From: Bdellovibrionales bacterium
GTDB taxonomy: Bacteria > Bdellovibrionota > Bdellovibrionia > Bdellovibrionales > UBA1609
Assembly: GCA_965261545.1 (NCBI GenBank)
Contig: CBDHDF010000002.1
Coordinates: 643,016-707,015, forward strand
Length of the DNA stretch: 64,000 nt
Direction of reading: 5' to 3'
The notes beneath the pieces are model-generated. The model saw only the letters and a program-made list of their open reading frames with translations. It had not been told where the DNA came from and did no database searches. Of this stretch, positions 31,751 through 42,284 are shown piece by piece. The translations under genes and the position numbers were made by a program. Each line of letters starts with the position of its first letter. Within the stretch, counting starts at the first letter, position 1.

Positions 31751-33123
31751 GTGCTCCATCTTCCCCCATGAATGACGTCGACTTTTTTAAAGGTTTTTCC
31801 AAACTGAATCGATCAGAAAGGCTTATGCGCCTTTACGAAATGGGGGTCTTAAACACCGAAGACATGGAGTTTCTCACCCTGGGTTCTCCTATGGACATGG
31901 ACCTTGCAGAAAAATTCATTGAAAACGCTATTGGCTATTTCAAAATTCCCATGGGTGTTGCAGCTCATTTTGTAATCAATAGAAAAGCCTATGTTATTCC
32001 CATGGCCGTGGAAGAAACATCCATCATTGCCGCTGCCAGCAAAACAGCCAAGTGGATTGGGGAGCATGGAGAAATCACAGCGCAAACTGTGGGAGAAAAT
32101 ATTATTGGACAAATTCAAATGGCCAAAGTCAAAGATTTTGCCAAAACTAAAACGCACATTATTGGTGCCAAGCAAAAGCTTATTGAAATGGCCAATAAAA
32201 ATGTGGCTCAAAAAATGGTGGCACGTGGAGGAGGGGTCAGAGAAATCACTGTACGCCATGTACACAGAGGGGCCCCCACAAATAGGGGTGGCGGCGACAT
32301 CATGGACGACAACTCAATGTTGGTTGTGCATGTTCATGTGAATACCTGCGAGGCCATGGGAGCCAATATCATGAATCAAATCTGCGAATACTTAAAGAGG
32401 CCCCTTGAAGAACTTACAGGTGAAAAGGTTCATATGTGCATTCTTTCCAATCTCGTGGACACAAAAATAACCCGTGCTCAAGTGGTGATGAAGGGATTGG
32501 GGCAAGAGGTGATGGACAACATTGTCGAGGCCTCTTTATTTGCTCAACAAGACCCCTATCGAGCTTGCACCAACAATAAGGGAGTCCTCAATGGCATCGA
32601 TCCCATTGCTATTGCCACAGGCAATGACTGGCGAGCTGTGGAAGCAGGAATTCATGCCTATGCTGCCAGAGACGGTCGGTATCGCTCTGTCACCAAGTGG
32701 TCTCAAAGGGGAGGAGAGCTTCGCGGGACCTTTGAAGCCCCAGTGATCCTAGGAACCGTAGGCGGTGTCACCACCCTTCACCCCATGGCTAAAGTGAGTT
32801 TACGTATCATGAAGACCCAATGTGCCCAAGAGCTTTCAAACGTTTGTGCCAGCGTCGGACTTACTCAAAACCTCGGGGCCCTTAGAGCCTTAACATCCGT
32901 GGGAATTATTGAAGGGCATATGAAGCTTCACATCAGAAATCTCGCCATGAGGGCTGGGGCCAAACCCAAAGAAACCCCCATTGTTCAAAAAAAACTCGAA
33001 GAAATCCTCACCATGACCAAGGGAGTTTCCCTCCGACATGCTGAAAGAGTGATCGCCCACCTACGCCGCCAAAAAGGAGACCTTTCTAGGGAGGGAGGCT
33101 TCAACGATACCACCACCTTTTAA
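31732..33123 (+). CDS. mvaA: Class II HMG-CoA reductase
   Basis: ENAIG, EETSIIAA, EAMGAN, NKGVLNG, GNDWRAVEA, GHMKLH. Confidence 0.95.
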   Translation: MSDSFVSAPSSPMNDVDFFKGFSKLNRSERLMRLYEMGVLNTEDMEFLTLGSPMDMDLAEKFIENAIGYFKIPMGVAAHFVINRKAYVIPMAVEETSIIAAASKTAKWIGEHGEITAQTVGENIIGQIQMAKVKDFAKTKTHIIGAKQKLIEMANKNVAQKMVARGGGVREITVRHVHRGAPTNRGGGDIMDDNSMLVVHVHVNTCEAMGANIMNQICEYLKRPLEELTGEKVHMCILSNLVDTKITRAQVVMKGLGQEVMDNIVEASLFAQQDPYRACTNNKGVLNGIDPIAIATGNDWRAVEAGIHAYAARDGRYRSVTKWSQRGGELRGTFEAPVILGTVGGVTTLHPMAKVSLRIMKTQCAQELSNVCASVGLTQNLGALRALTSVGIIEGHMKLHIRNLAMRAGAKPKETPIVQKKLEEILTMTKGVSLRHAERVIAHLRRQKGDLSREGGFNDTTTF

Positions 33124-33136
33124 AGAAGAGTTCTCT

Positions 33137-34216
33137 TTGAAAACCCTTCTCTCTTTTCCCAGCAAAACATTTCTCACAGGAGAATACACCGCCATCGTCG
33201 GTGGCCCAAGCCTTGTTATAAGCACAAAACCTCGATTTAAACTTGAGGTTATATACCCATCGGTATCCCCATCTACGGAGGTATCTTCGTCTGTAACTCC
33301 TTCTCTAATGGATACAAGAAAAATCAAAAGAAAAACGTCTCAAAGAAGTTCTGGAACCTGCCGTGGCATTCACAAAAGAAGTCCTGGGGGCATTTGGGTA
33401 AGAAATCACCCCTCTTGCTTTCACAATGCAAACATTCACTTTATAGATCCCCATAAAGGAGGTGGTGGCTTTGGAGCTTCCACAGCCCAATTTTTAGGTG
33501 TTTATACATGGACCCAACTATGGGAACAAATAACTTCCTCCCCCCAGCACTCAACACTCTCAACTCCGATCATGAACACCCATATGTTGGAAACTCTCTG
33601 GCACAAGTATAGAAAAACGGCATGGGTGGGAGAGGGAGCACGCCCAAGTGGAACCGACCTTCTAAGTCAAAGACAAGGAAAAATCAGTCTGTTTTCGTTT
33701 CCTCCCTTTCACCATGAGATTTTTTCATGGCCCTTTCATGGGCACGGTTTTTTAATAGTGCGAAGTCACCATAAATTGGCCACACATAAACACTTAAAAG
33801 GCAAAAGAGAAAATGATTTTAAATCTCTCAAGCCTTTATCTTCAAATGTGGTTGACGCCTTTAAGAAAAAAAACTGGATTGACTTCATGTTTGCCCAGAG
33901 AGAATTTTATAAAGCTCTTAGCAATATGGAACTCACGGATATTCGTTCCAAGGAAATGATCTGTAAAATAGATAAAAATCCAGAGATTCAGTTTGTCAAA
34001 CCCTGCGGAGCCCTCGGGCTCGAAGTTCTCATGGTGTTTTTTGAAGATATTCATCGAACGAAAGTCCAGTCTTATTTACACAACTTGGAGCAAAATCTTG
34101 GCTTACAAGTGGTTTCTTCAGACAAAGATATTTGCAATGGGCAAGATATTGACTTTATTGTAGATGAGGAAAGCCAAGATAAAGAAACTATGAACCACAA
34201 GGAAAAAGTGCCATGA
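33137..34216 (+). CDS. Divergent GHMP kinase, probable phosphomevalonate kinase
   Basis: PSKTFLTGEY, GFGASTA, SGTD, KPCGALG; lies inside the mevalonate operon. Confidence 0.75.
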   Translation: MKTLLSFPSKTFLTGEYTAIVGGPSLVISTKPRFKLEVIYPSVSPSTEVSSSVTPSLMDTRKIKRKTSQRSSGTCRGIHKRSPGGIWVRNHPSCFHNANIHFIDPHKGGGGFGASTAQFLGVYTWTQLWEQITSSPQHSTLSTPIMNTHMLETLWHKYRKTAWVGEGARPSGTDLLSQRQGKISLFSFPPFHHEIFSWPFHGHGFLIVRSHHKLATHKHLKGKRENDFKSLKPLSSNVVDAFKKKNWIDFMFAQREFYKALSNMELTDIRSKEMICKIDKNPEIQFVKPCGALGLEVLMVFFEDIHRTKVQSYLHNLEQNLGLQVVSSDKDICNGQDIDFIVDEESQDKETMNHKEKVP

Positions 34217-35208
34217 ACCAAAAAGGGGAAAGATTCTCCAAGAAATTAAGCTGGTCTGCGGAAGCCCCCTCCAATATTGCATTGATTAAATACATGGGCA
34301 AAAAAAAAGAAAACCTTCCCACCAACCCCTCTCTTTCCTATACCTTGCATCATCTGCGTTCCATTGTTGAGGTGGTGCAAAGCCCAAATTTGAATGTCGA
34401 CACCTGGGCACCCATTCTGGACAAACCATGGAAAAATCCACAACTTTCGGAACTGGGAAGAACAAGATTTTTAAATCACTGGGCCTTTTTAAAAAGGGAA
34501 TTGAGCATTGATGGATTCTTTACAGTGAAATCCGCCAATAATTTTCCTTCAGACTGTGGCATTGCAAGTTCAGCCTCAAGCTTTGGAGCCCTCACTCTTT
34601 GTGCCCACAAAGTGGCAAAGGATCGTGGCTCTCTTCAAGAGCTTAATAAGGAGATGGATGTCGAAATGATAGCTCGTTTAAGCGTTAAGGGTTCAGGCTC
34701 TTCCTGCCGTTCTTTTTTTAGCCCTTGGGCTCACTGGTCAGAAGAAAGAGGGGAGCATTGCTTGCACGCTGTAGATTTTCCATATAATAAATGGCTTCAC
34801 AATGTCATACTCATAAGCGATGGTAAAAAGAGCGTGACTTCCAGTGAAGCCCATCTTCGCATACAAACCAGTCTCCTCAACAAAGACCGAGACCTTCGAG
34901 CGAAAAAAAGAATGGAAAACTTGATGCAATCCTTGAAGTCCCAAGACTGGGCATCGGCTTTTGAAGTGATTTGGAGTGAATTTTGGGATATGCATGCTCT
35001 GTTTGAAACGAGTGATCCTCATTTTGGCTATATGTCCAGCCAAAGCATGGATGTCTTAAGTACGGTTCGAAGATTCTGGCAACAGCACAATGATGGCCCC
35101 CTTGTCACCATGGATGCTGGCCCCAACATTCACCTACTCTACAGAGAGGATCAAAAGAATTTACAAAGTCAGTTGAATCAACAACTTCAAGGCTACCTGC
35201 GTTTATGA
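34213..35208 (+). CDS. mvaD: Diphosphomevalonate decarboxylase
   Basis: NIALIKYMGK, NNFP..GIASSAS, GSGSSCRS, TMDAGPN. Confidence 0.95.
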   Translation: MNQKGERFSKKLSWSAEAPSNIALIKYMGKKKENLPTNPSLSYTLHHLRSIVEVVQSPNLNVDTWAPILDKPWKNPQLSELGRTRFLNHWAFLKRELSIDGFFTVKSANNFPSDCGIASSASSFGALTLCAHKVAKDRGSLQELNKEMDVEMIARLSVKGSGSSCRSFFSPWAHWSEERGEHCLHAVDFPYNKWLHNVILISDGKKSVTSSEAHLRIQTSLLNKDRDLRAKKRMENLMQSLKSQDWASAFEVIWSEFWDMHALFETSDPHFGYMSSQSMDVLSTVRRFWQQHNDGPLVTMDAGPNIHLLYREDQKNLQSQLNQQLQGYLRL

Positions 35209-35350
35209 TAAGACTGGGGTTATAGGTAAGATGACTTGCAGTATGATTATGATAAGATTTCTTGGGTTATGGTAGGGTTTACCTGGGGTATGTGTGACCC
35301 TGGGTTGTGTGGCCCCGGGTCGTTGGGGGCCTTCTTAAGATGGATTTAAT

Positions 35351-36247
35351 ATGATATCGATATCGAAATGTCATCACTTTATAGCCTACAGTAAGTGGAT
35401 TTTGGCAGGTGAACACTCCATTTTAAGGGGGGGAACTGCCTTGGTTTTTCCCCACAAAAGTTGCAAAATAGCTGCTCAATTTGAAAGGTTAGATCAAGAA
35501 TTGGAAGTTCAGTTTGCAGGCCCCCGTGGAGAAGAACTGCAAATTGTTTTTTGGGGGGTTTTTGAAAAGGCCCTCCAGTTGACAGGAAAAACAAGGAAGC
35601 AAATTCGGGGGCGCTTATCTCTTTTCAGCAACATTGCCATGGGAACAGGACTTGGAGCCTCAGCCACTTTATGTGTGACCCTGGGGCGTTGGTGGGCCAT
35701 CTTAGGATGGATTCAAGAAAGTGATATCTATGCATTTTCTAGAAAACTTGAAAATATTTTCCATGGCGAAAGCAGTGGAGTGGATATTGCTGGAGCCATG
35801 TCCACGGAGGGAGTGCGATTTGTAAAGGGTGGATCTATAACACCCATTAAGATCAAATGGAAACCTCAGTGGTTTTTAAGCGACTCTGGACAAAGGAGCC
35901 TAACCTCAGAATGTGTTTTAAAGGTAAAATCTCTTTGTAGAAATCACCCCGAACACAGCCTCAAAATTGATGAAAATATGCATAGGGCTGTGGAACTTTC
36001 TGCTCAAGCTCTTGTTATGGATGAAAAAATGGGACTTTCCCTTTTAAAGGAAGCCATTTATATGGCACAAGATTGTTTTCGACAATGGAATCTCATAGAG
36101 GGTACTTTGGAAAAACACATGCAAGAACTCTTGCACCATGGGGCCCTCGCCGTAAAACCCACAGGCTCAGGTGGAGGAGGCTATGTCTTGAGTCTCTGGA
36201 ATATTCCACTTCCAGAAGCCCTTCGTCCCTCACTGCTTATTATTTAA
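35351..36247 (+). CDS. mvk: Mevalonate kinase (GHMP family)
   Basis: KWILAGEHS, GLGASA, ENIFHG.SSGVD, KPTGSGGGG. Confidence 0.85.
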   Translation: MISISKCHHFIAYSKWILAGEHSILRGGTALVFPHKSCKIAAQFERLDQELEVQFAGPRGEELQIVFWGVFEKALQLTGKTRKQIRGRLSLFSNIAMGTGLGASATLCVTLGRWWAILGWIQESDIYAFSRKLENIFHGESSGVDIAGAMSTEGVRFVKGGSITPIKIKWKPQWFLSDSGQRSLTSECVLKVKSLCRNHPEHSLKIDENMHRAVELSAQALVMDEKMGLSLLKEAIYMAQDCFRQWNLIEGTLEKHMQELLHHGALAVKPTGSGGGGYVLSLWNIPLPEALRPSLLII

Positions 36248-36372
36248 CCCCAGTTTCGGGTTTTTTAGAAAGCCTTTAGAAGGCTTTGCTCATGGTGTGC
36301 CCGGCATGGAGAGGAACTCAATGAAAGAAGGAACTTCACCCCTTGGTCTTTATCCCTGTGTACGGATCATTT

Positions 36373-37029
36373 TTATTCCTTATAATAGATCTTACACATT
36401 TTAATGTGGAAGGCCAAATCTTGCCTTGTCATAGATTCCAAGTAGCATTTGAGTGGAAAGTAGTTCTCCTTGGCACTTTCATTGGTGATATATGCATTTG
36501 TTTTGGCGACGTCACGGGCATGAACTCCGGCAAGGACCCAACCCTTGTATTGAAATCGCATAATAAGATTGATGGCAGAATTTGTATTGTATTTGAAGAG
36601 CCGTTTGAGGATGGCCAATAGAAAGTCCATAGGGGTATAGTCAATAATATGGGCCGGGAGGATTTTGGTTCTCATAAATACAACCTTGGATAGGGTGGAT
36701 GTTCTCTTGGGTTTGGCTTCAGAAATGAGATAATTTTCATTTTTTACAAGAATTTTAGGGTTATTACTGTAGTTTTCGTCACAGTTTTCTGTTTGAAGAG
36801 AATCCATCATCGTCGTATGTGGTGGTATAAATTCTTTTTCTTCATCCATATCGGTGCTGTTCTCAGTGGGACTATAGGTGCTGTTCTCAGTGGGACTATA
36901 GGTGCTGTTCTCAGTGGGACTATAGGTGCTGTTCTCAGTGGGACTATAGGTGAAAAGGTTTCTAATTCTCATTTCTCGGAGAGTCATTTTAGGTGTGTCC
37001 AAATCTGTATTGTCAAAAGTTGGGTTCAT
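36373..37029 (-). CDS. Divergent ClpS-domain protein with a long N-terminal extension containing TYSPTENS repeats
   Basis: C-terminal DYTPMDF..IL..LF..A..L......G..LAGV..RDVA.T....A....FPLKC.LE matches the ClpS core. Confidence 0.75.
   Translation of the reverse strand: MNPTFDNTDLDTPKMTLREMRIRNLFTYSPTENSTYSPTENSTYSPTENSTYSPTENSTDMDEEKEFIPPHTTMMDSLQTENCDENYSNNPKILVKNENYLISEAKPKRTSTLSKVVFMRTKILPAHIIDYTPMDFLLAILKRLFKYNTNSAINLIMRFQYKGWVLAGVHARDVAKTNAYITNESAKENYFPLKCYLESMTRQDLAFHIKMCKIYYKE
36853..36952. repeat. Perfect 24-bp tandem repeat, 4 copies
   Basis: (ggtgctgttctcagtgggactata)x4 plus ggtg; encodes TYSPTENS on the minus strand. Confidence 0.97.
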
Positions 37030-37182
37030 TTTAGCCTTATCCTACTATTTTTAAAGGTTTACGCTTTTATAGCTTTATTTTTTAAATTTCTTTTTTTTGA
37101 AATATCTAGGAGATAATAGTTTTTTCTTTTTTTTAAGTCATCTTTTTTCTTCTAGAGTTTATGGGTGTTTTGTATGAGTGTG

Positions 37183-38790
37183 TCAAGGCGCCGGGGGGTA
37201 ACTACGTGGCTTTGGCTGTGGCTTTATGTCGGGGCTCGGTGTTGGACTTGGAGTTGTTTTTTGTAAGGGCTTCAGGGCGAGGATTGTAAAAGCCCAAATG
37301 TTTTGGTATCCGCCGGTAGAAATGGTTCCACCAATAAAATAGAGCTTTCTTTTCGGCAGGGTGGGAAGGGTGCCGACAAAGCTATTTGTACTTTCATCGT
37401 AGGTGATACCTGAACCACTATTGTAAAATACTTGAATTTTATAGCTTGTTCCAGATGGAACATTCGAAATATCTTTATCTTCATCAATGGTATAGACGAA
37501 GGGGGAGCCTCCTGTTGTGGCTTGAATCAGAGGAATAGATAAGGAAGGAAGCCCAGAGCTGGATTGATTTGACTCGGGGGGATCGTACATGCAACGGAAT
37601 CCATGGGCACTATTTTTTGATTCCACAAGGGAAACGGCAAAGGCTCCTCCTTGATCCCCGCTTCGATAATGGCCGCCTCGAAGAATGGGGCCTTTGTCAG
37701 CTTCGAGGAGGGCGTAACCAAAGCCTCCGTAGGGAGATTGGTCGAGGTGGTTATAGTGACCTTGAGTGCCGAATTGTTCCTTGGCGGAACGATTTTTTTG
37801 GGATTCACTGACTTTTTTTCTATCAGAATGGGTTATGTTTGTGATTTGTGATATGTAATCGTCTGTGCCGTAGAGTGGGGACCATCTGTTTTGGTTATTG
37901 AGATTATCATCTTTGACCCACTCGGCGACATTTCCTCCCAAGTCCCATATAATTTCTTTATTGGAAAGTGTGAGGGTTCTCTTTTGAGAGTGCCATGTTT
38001 CGTTGCTGCAGCTTGCTGTCTTTCCAAAGCAACCGTTGTTATCAGGGCCTGCTTCCAGCCCCTGGGGAGGGTTATTATCTGTGTGGCCTTGGCTCATTCC
38101 CCCAGCAGAGCCTACACTGTGATCCATCCAATTTTTATGAAAAGTTTCAGCATTTCTTACTATGTTCTGCCACCTGTCGTTGGTGAGAAGGCTGTAGCGG
38201 TGGCCTATCTTTTTGCACTGAGAGATGGCACCTTGCCGCTGGATTCGCCAAGGTTGACTCTTAGGGTGGGAGGTCGCTTTGCGGCTTTTCTTTTTCATTT
38301 CGTATTTGGCGACACAAAAGCTTTTTTTGGAGTATTCTTGGTTGGCTGGAATTCCCACAAAGTCTCTGGGGCAAGTGAAGTGGTTTTCAACAGTGTGGGA
38401 TACAGGCACTGTTGTCTTGTTATTGATTTTGTGATAAGCGAGAACGATGACCATACCGGGGCGCTTATTTAAACCTGTAACATCAATGATGGTTGACCAA
38501 GAGCCATTGGCACAAATTGTCTCGACTTCAAATCCTCCGACATTGGCAAAAATGGGGTGCCCATTGGCGGAGCATCTTCCGCGTATAGAGTAGCTGGCAG
38601 CGTTGTAACTATAAATGTCTTCTAGATTATGAAAATCTATGGTGATGAGAGAGTTGGGTGATAGGGGTGATCTTTTTTTGTTGCCACCATCGGAGCAGGC
38701 CAACGAAAATAGGCAAAGGACAAAGATTATAAATAAGTTGGTTCGTAAATTTTGATAATTGGTATGACGGTTGGTAAATAAGATCTTCAT
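37183..38790 (-). CDS. Lipoprotein with an Ig-like module, FGE-sulfatase (C-type lectin fold) domain and Pro-rich tail
   Basis: Lipobox LFSLAC; CP..F..IP..FCVAKYEM, IWDLGGNVAEW, RGG..GFRC; RBS AAGGAG before ATG 38790. Confidence 0.8.
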   Translation of the reverse strand: MKILFTNRHTNYQNLRTNLFIIFVLCLFSLACSDGGNKKRSPLSPNSLITIDFHNLEDIYSYNAASYSIRGRCSANGHPIFANVGGFEVETICANGSWSTIIDVTGLNKRPGMVIVLAYHKINNKTTVPVSHTVENHFTCPRDFVGIPANQEYSKKSFCVAKYEMKKKSRKATSHPKSQPWRIQRQGAISQCKKIGHRYSLLTNDRWQNIVRNAETFHKNWMDHSVGSAGGMSQGHTDNNPPQGLEAGPDNNGCFGKTASCSNETWHSQKRTLTLSNKEIIWDLGGNVAEWVKDDNLNNQNRWSPLYGTDDYISQITNITHSDRKKVSESQKNRSAKEQFGTQGHYNHLDQSPYGGFGYALLEADKGPILRGGHYRSGDQGGAFAVSLVESKNSAHGFRCMYDPPESNQSSSGLPSLSIPLIQATTGGSPFVYTIDEDKDISNVPSGTSYKIQVFYNSGSGITYDESTNSFVGTLPTLPKRKLYFIGGTISTGGYQNIWAFTILALKPLQKTTPSPTPSPDIKPQPKPRSYPPAP

Positions 38791-38847
38791 TTTACATCTC
38801 CTTTTGATTGTAGTCAAGGGCAGTCATTGAGTGTCCCACAATTTTAC

Positions 38848-38874
38848 ATATCGGTCCCCACTGCATCCACTTGA
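38848..38874 (-). promoter_or_regulatory. Putative sigma-28 promoter for the FGE-domain lipoprotein
   Basis: Minus strand TCAA-N15-ACCGATAT, about 60 nt before the ATG. Confidence 0.6.
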
Positions 38875-39019
38875 ATCAAATTTCAATATCTTGAGAATTT
38901 TTATCAAAGTTTTATGAAAGAATGATGATTTTGTATTAAAATGAAACATAATGTGAGTGGGACAATCATAGATTAAGATAGATCAGACATAGAGAGATCG
39001 GAGAGGGGATCCTAGGAAT

Positions 39020-42000
39020 TTGAGAACCGTGGTTGGATTTTTTGCAAGGGAGCATTTGCTGGGGAACCTCATGACAGTGTTTATTATTGTCTTTGGGGTT
39101 TACATACTTACAAAGATGAGGCGCGATGTCTTTCCCAATGTTGATTTTAACCACACGATTGTTTCTACGGTCCTTCCAGGAGCTTCTCCCAAACAAATGG
39201 AAACCCTTGTTATCAATGTTATTGAGCCTCGTCTTAGGGAAGTGGATGGGCTTCGACTCATTCGTTCCACAGCCATTGAAAGTGTCGCTACGATCACGAT
39301 TCAACTAGACCCCGACGCCAAGGACCCCGACAAAACCAATAGTGACATACAAAAGGCCATCGATCAGTTGGAGGACCTCCCTGAAGATGCTGAAAAGCCG
39401 ATTATTACCACTGTGGAGTCGGGCAAAAGGCCTGTCATAGAAGTGAATATTTCTGGGGATGAGGCCACTCCCCTAGAATTAAGGGAAGCGACCAAGCACC
39501 TGTACGATGAACTTAGCAAGATCAGGGATGTTTCAAGCATTTACAAAATGGGTTACCTTAAGAAAGAGTGGGCTGTGGTCGCAAATCCTGAAAAGCTTGC
39601 CCAGCGAAATATTTCCCTAAACACATTGATTCAGAAAATACGGCGCAATAATATTTCTTTTCCTGGGGGCACGGTGAAGAGTGGAGGGGGAACGGAGGCT
39701 CTTGTTCGCACGGAGTCCCAGTTTCAAAGTTCCCAAGAACTTTTAGACTCTGTTCTTCTTATCAATGATGCCGGTTTTGAAACACGTATTTCCGATGTTG
39801 CTAAGGTCTATGAGACCTTTGAAGAGCCCAGAAGACTCTATCGTGCAGATGGAAAAGAGAGTCTTGTTTTGAGGGTGGCAAAGAAAACCAATGGAGATGC
39901 CCTTGATCTTGTGAAGCAAGTTAAGGGTAAAATCACCGAGGTTCAAAAAGACCTAAAAGATACCATTCAATTGAGTTTTTCCAATGATGCCTCCGTTTAT
40001 TTAGCCAACCGGCTTCGTACTTTGACTTGGAGCCTCACCATAGGTCTTGTTCTTGTCGTTTTGGTCCTCATTTTTTTTCTGCCTTGGCAGCTCACTCTCG
40101 TCGTTTCCGTGGGGATTCCCATGGCTCTTTTTGCCACTCTTATGATGGCTTCGCTTCTCGGATTTTCTCTCAATGTGGTGAGTCTTTTGGGGTTGATTAT
40201 TGTTCTTGGGATGCTTGTGGATGACGCCATTGTCGTATGTGAAAATATTTGGCGCCATGTGGAAAAAGGTAAAAATAAAACTCAAGCTGTCATTGATGGC
40301 ACTTGTGAAGTTTTCTCCCCCATTGTTGCTTCTATATTAACCACTATTTCAGCCTTTGCCCCCATGCTTTTTATGTCGGGGGTTTTTGGTGCCTTTGTCT
40401 TTCACATTCCTGTTATGGTTATTCTCGCTTTGATTTTTTCTCTTCTTGAAGTTTTTCTTATTATGCCCTCCCATTTTACAAGTTGGGTGAATCCCTTTAT
40501 CAATCATTCGAAATTGGTGGCTAAAGCCCAACGCAAGACATGGTTTGACCGTGTGAATCAAGTTTATCAAGGCTATATTCATTGGAGCCTTAAATTTCGT
40601 TATCTCGTGATTCTTTTTACTATCATTTTGGCGGCTCTGACTATACAGACTTTGAAAACCAAGGGGCGATTTGTTCTCTTTCCCAACGATGGGGCAGATA
40701 TTTTTTTCGTGAATATAGAGGCTCCCACAGATGTTTCTCTTGAAACTATGGCCGAGACGATTGTCCCCATTGAAAAAGCTGTGGCTCGTATACCCGCCCA
40801 TGAACTCAAGGATTTTTCCTCGACCGTTGGAGCCATCGAGCAAGATAGTTTTGATCCTCAAAAAAAGAGGGGTTCTAACTATGCGAGTATAAGAGTTACC
40901 CTAGCTCCTAGCAATACAAGAAAGCGTACCGCTCAAGAGATCATTGATGAACTGCGTTCACTTATAGAGCCTCCTCCTCCTGGGGTCACTCAAGTGAAAG
41001 TGAATCTTGCGAGAATGGGGCCACCCCAAGGGCGTGCTGTTTCTATAGACTTGGTGGGGACTGAGCTTGATAAACTGCAAGTGATTTCTCAGAGGGTGAA
41101 AAGTGAACTTGCAAAAATAGTGGGTGTAAAAGATATAAGTGACTCTTTTATTGAAGGAAAAAAGGAATGGCAGGTGTTGCCACGCTTTAAAGACATGGCT
41201 CTTGTGGGTGTAAGCTCTTCGGAGGTGGCGCTCTCTGTGCAAGCCGCTTTTGCAGGGGTTGTGGCATCTTCTATTCGAGACCTTGATGAAGAAACAAATA
41301 TTCGAGTTCGCCTTAATGAAAGAAGGATGAAAGAAAAGAAGGGGAAAGAGAACAGGGTGAAGGGTAAAAAAATAAATCATCCCTTTACCTCTATCCACGT
41401 GGGCAATTCAAGAGGGCAACTGACACCTCTTACAGAGATCGTCGATGTGAAAAAGGTTCGTAGTTTAAGTACTATTCAGCATGTCAACCATCAGAGGGTG
41501 ATTAATGTCTCTGCTGATGTGGATGTGAAGCAAACAACAGCGACCTTAGCCAACAGGCAAATCCAACCCATTGTGGAAAAAATTCTCAAGGAGTACCCCA
41601 GTCATTCGGTGAGATATGGAGGGGAAGACGAAGACACGAGGGAATCTCTCGGCTCCCTTTACACGGCTTTTACTTTTGCGGCTTTTATTATTTTTGCCCT
41701 TCTTGTGATCACTTTTAAGAATATTCTCCAACCCATTGTGATTCTGACTTCGATTCCCATGGGATTTATGGGAGCCTACTACGCTCTTTTGCTTCATGGT
41801 CGCCCCTTTAGTTTTATGGCCCTGCTCGGGGTGGTGGCACTGGCTGGAGTGATTGTCAACAACGCTATTGTTTTCACCGATTTTGTCAATCAACAACGCA
41901 AGAAGGGAGTGGGGATCAACGACTCCATTGTTCAAGCCGCAGGGATGCGCTTTCGCCCGATTCTTTTAACGACGGTGACCACCGTGTGTGGTCTTCTCCC

Positions 42001-42226
42001 CACAGCCTACGGGGAAACCATTCAAGATATATTTGGTGTGGGTGGGGGAGACCCTTTTGTGGTTCCCATTGCTCTGGCACTGGGTTGGGGGCTTGCCTTT
42101 GGATCTGTGATGACGAGTCTTTTCTTTCCTGTCTTTTTGCGAGTCTTGGATGATTTTAAATGGTGTGGTGACCAGGTATATCGTCTTTTTAAGTGGATAT
42201 TAGGAGGAGGGGAGCAGCCACTATGA
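39020..42226 (+). CDS. RND efflux transporter permease (AcrB/AcrD/AcrF family)
   Basis: FP..D, PGASP..ME, LGMLVDDAIVV.EN, GVIVNNAIV, RFRPILLT. Confidence 0.95.
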   Translation: MRTVVGFFAREHLLGNLMTVFIIVFGVYILTKMRRDVFPNVDFNHTIVSTVLPGASPKQMETLVINVIEPRLREVDGLRLIRSTAIESVATITIQLDPDAKDPDKTNSDIQKAIDQLEDLPEDAEKPIITTVESGKRPVIEVNISGDEATPLELREATKHLYDELSKIRDVSSIYKMGYLKKEWAVVANPEKLAQRNISLNTLIQKIRRNNISFPGGTVKSGGGTEALVRTESQFQSSQELLDSVLLINDAGFETRISDVAKVYETFEEPRRLYRADGKESLVLRVAKKTNGDALDLVKQVKGKITEVQKDLKDTIQLSFSNDASVYLANRLRTLTWSLTIGLVLVVLVLIFFLPWQLTLVVSVGIPMALFATLMMASLLGFSLNVVSLLGLIIVLGMLVDDAIVVCENIWRHVEKGKNKTQAVIDGTCEVFSPIVASILTTISAFAPMLFMSGVFGAFVFHIPVMVILALIFSLLEVFLIMPSHFTSWVNPFINHSKLVAKAQRKTWFDRVNQVYQGYIHWSLKFRYLVILFTIILAALTIQTLKTKGRFVLFPNDGADIFFVNIEAPTDVSLETMAETIVPIEKAVARIPAHELKDFSSTVGAIEQDSFDPQKKRGSNYASIRVTLAPSNTRKRTAQEIIDELRSLIEPPPPGVTQVKVNLARMGPPQGRAVSIDLVGTELDKLQVISQRVKSELAKIVGVKDISDSFIEGKKEWQVLPRFKDMALVGVSSSEVALSVQAAFAGVVASSIRDLDEETNIRVRLNERRMKEKKGKENRVKGKKINHPFTSIHVGNSRGQLTPLTEIVDVKKVRSLSTIQHVNHQRVINVSADVDVKQTTATLANRQIQPIVEKILKEYPSHSVRYGGEDEDTRESLGSLYTAFTFAAFIIFALLVITFKNILQPIVILTSIPMGFMGAYYALLLHGRPFSFMALLGVVALAGVIVNNAIVFTDFVNQQRKKGVGINDSIVQAAGMRFRPILLTTVTTVCGLLPTAYGETIQDIFGVGGGDPFVVPIALALGWGLAFGSVMTSLFFPVFLRVLDDFKWCGDQVYRLFKWILGGGEQPL

Positions 42227-42284
42227 AAGGGAAGAAAAAGAAGAGAAGGAGAAACACCACTATGAGAGGGAAGGACGCACCATT

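Noticed and set aside
36853-36952. CRISPR array
   Set aside because: Head-to-tail repeats with no spacers, in frame within a CDS; no cas genes
37580-37700. DGR variable region in the FGE/C-type lectin domain
   Set aside because: No reverse transcriptase and no adenine-variant template repeat in the window
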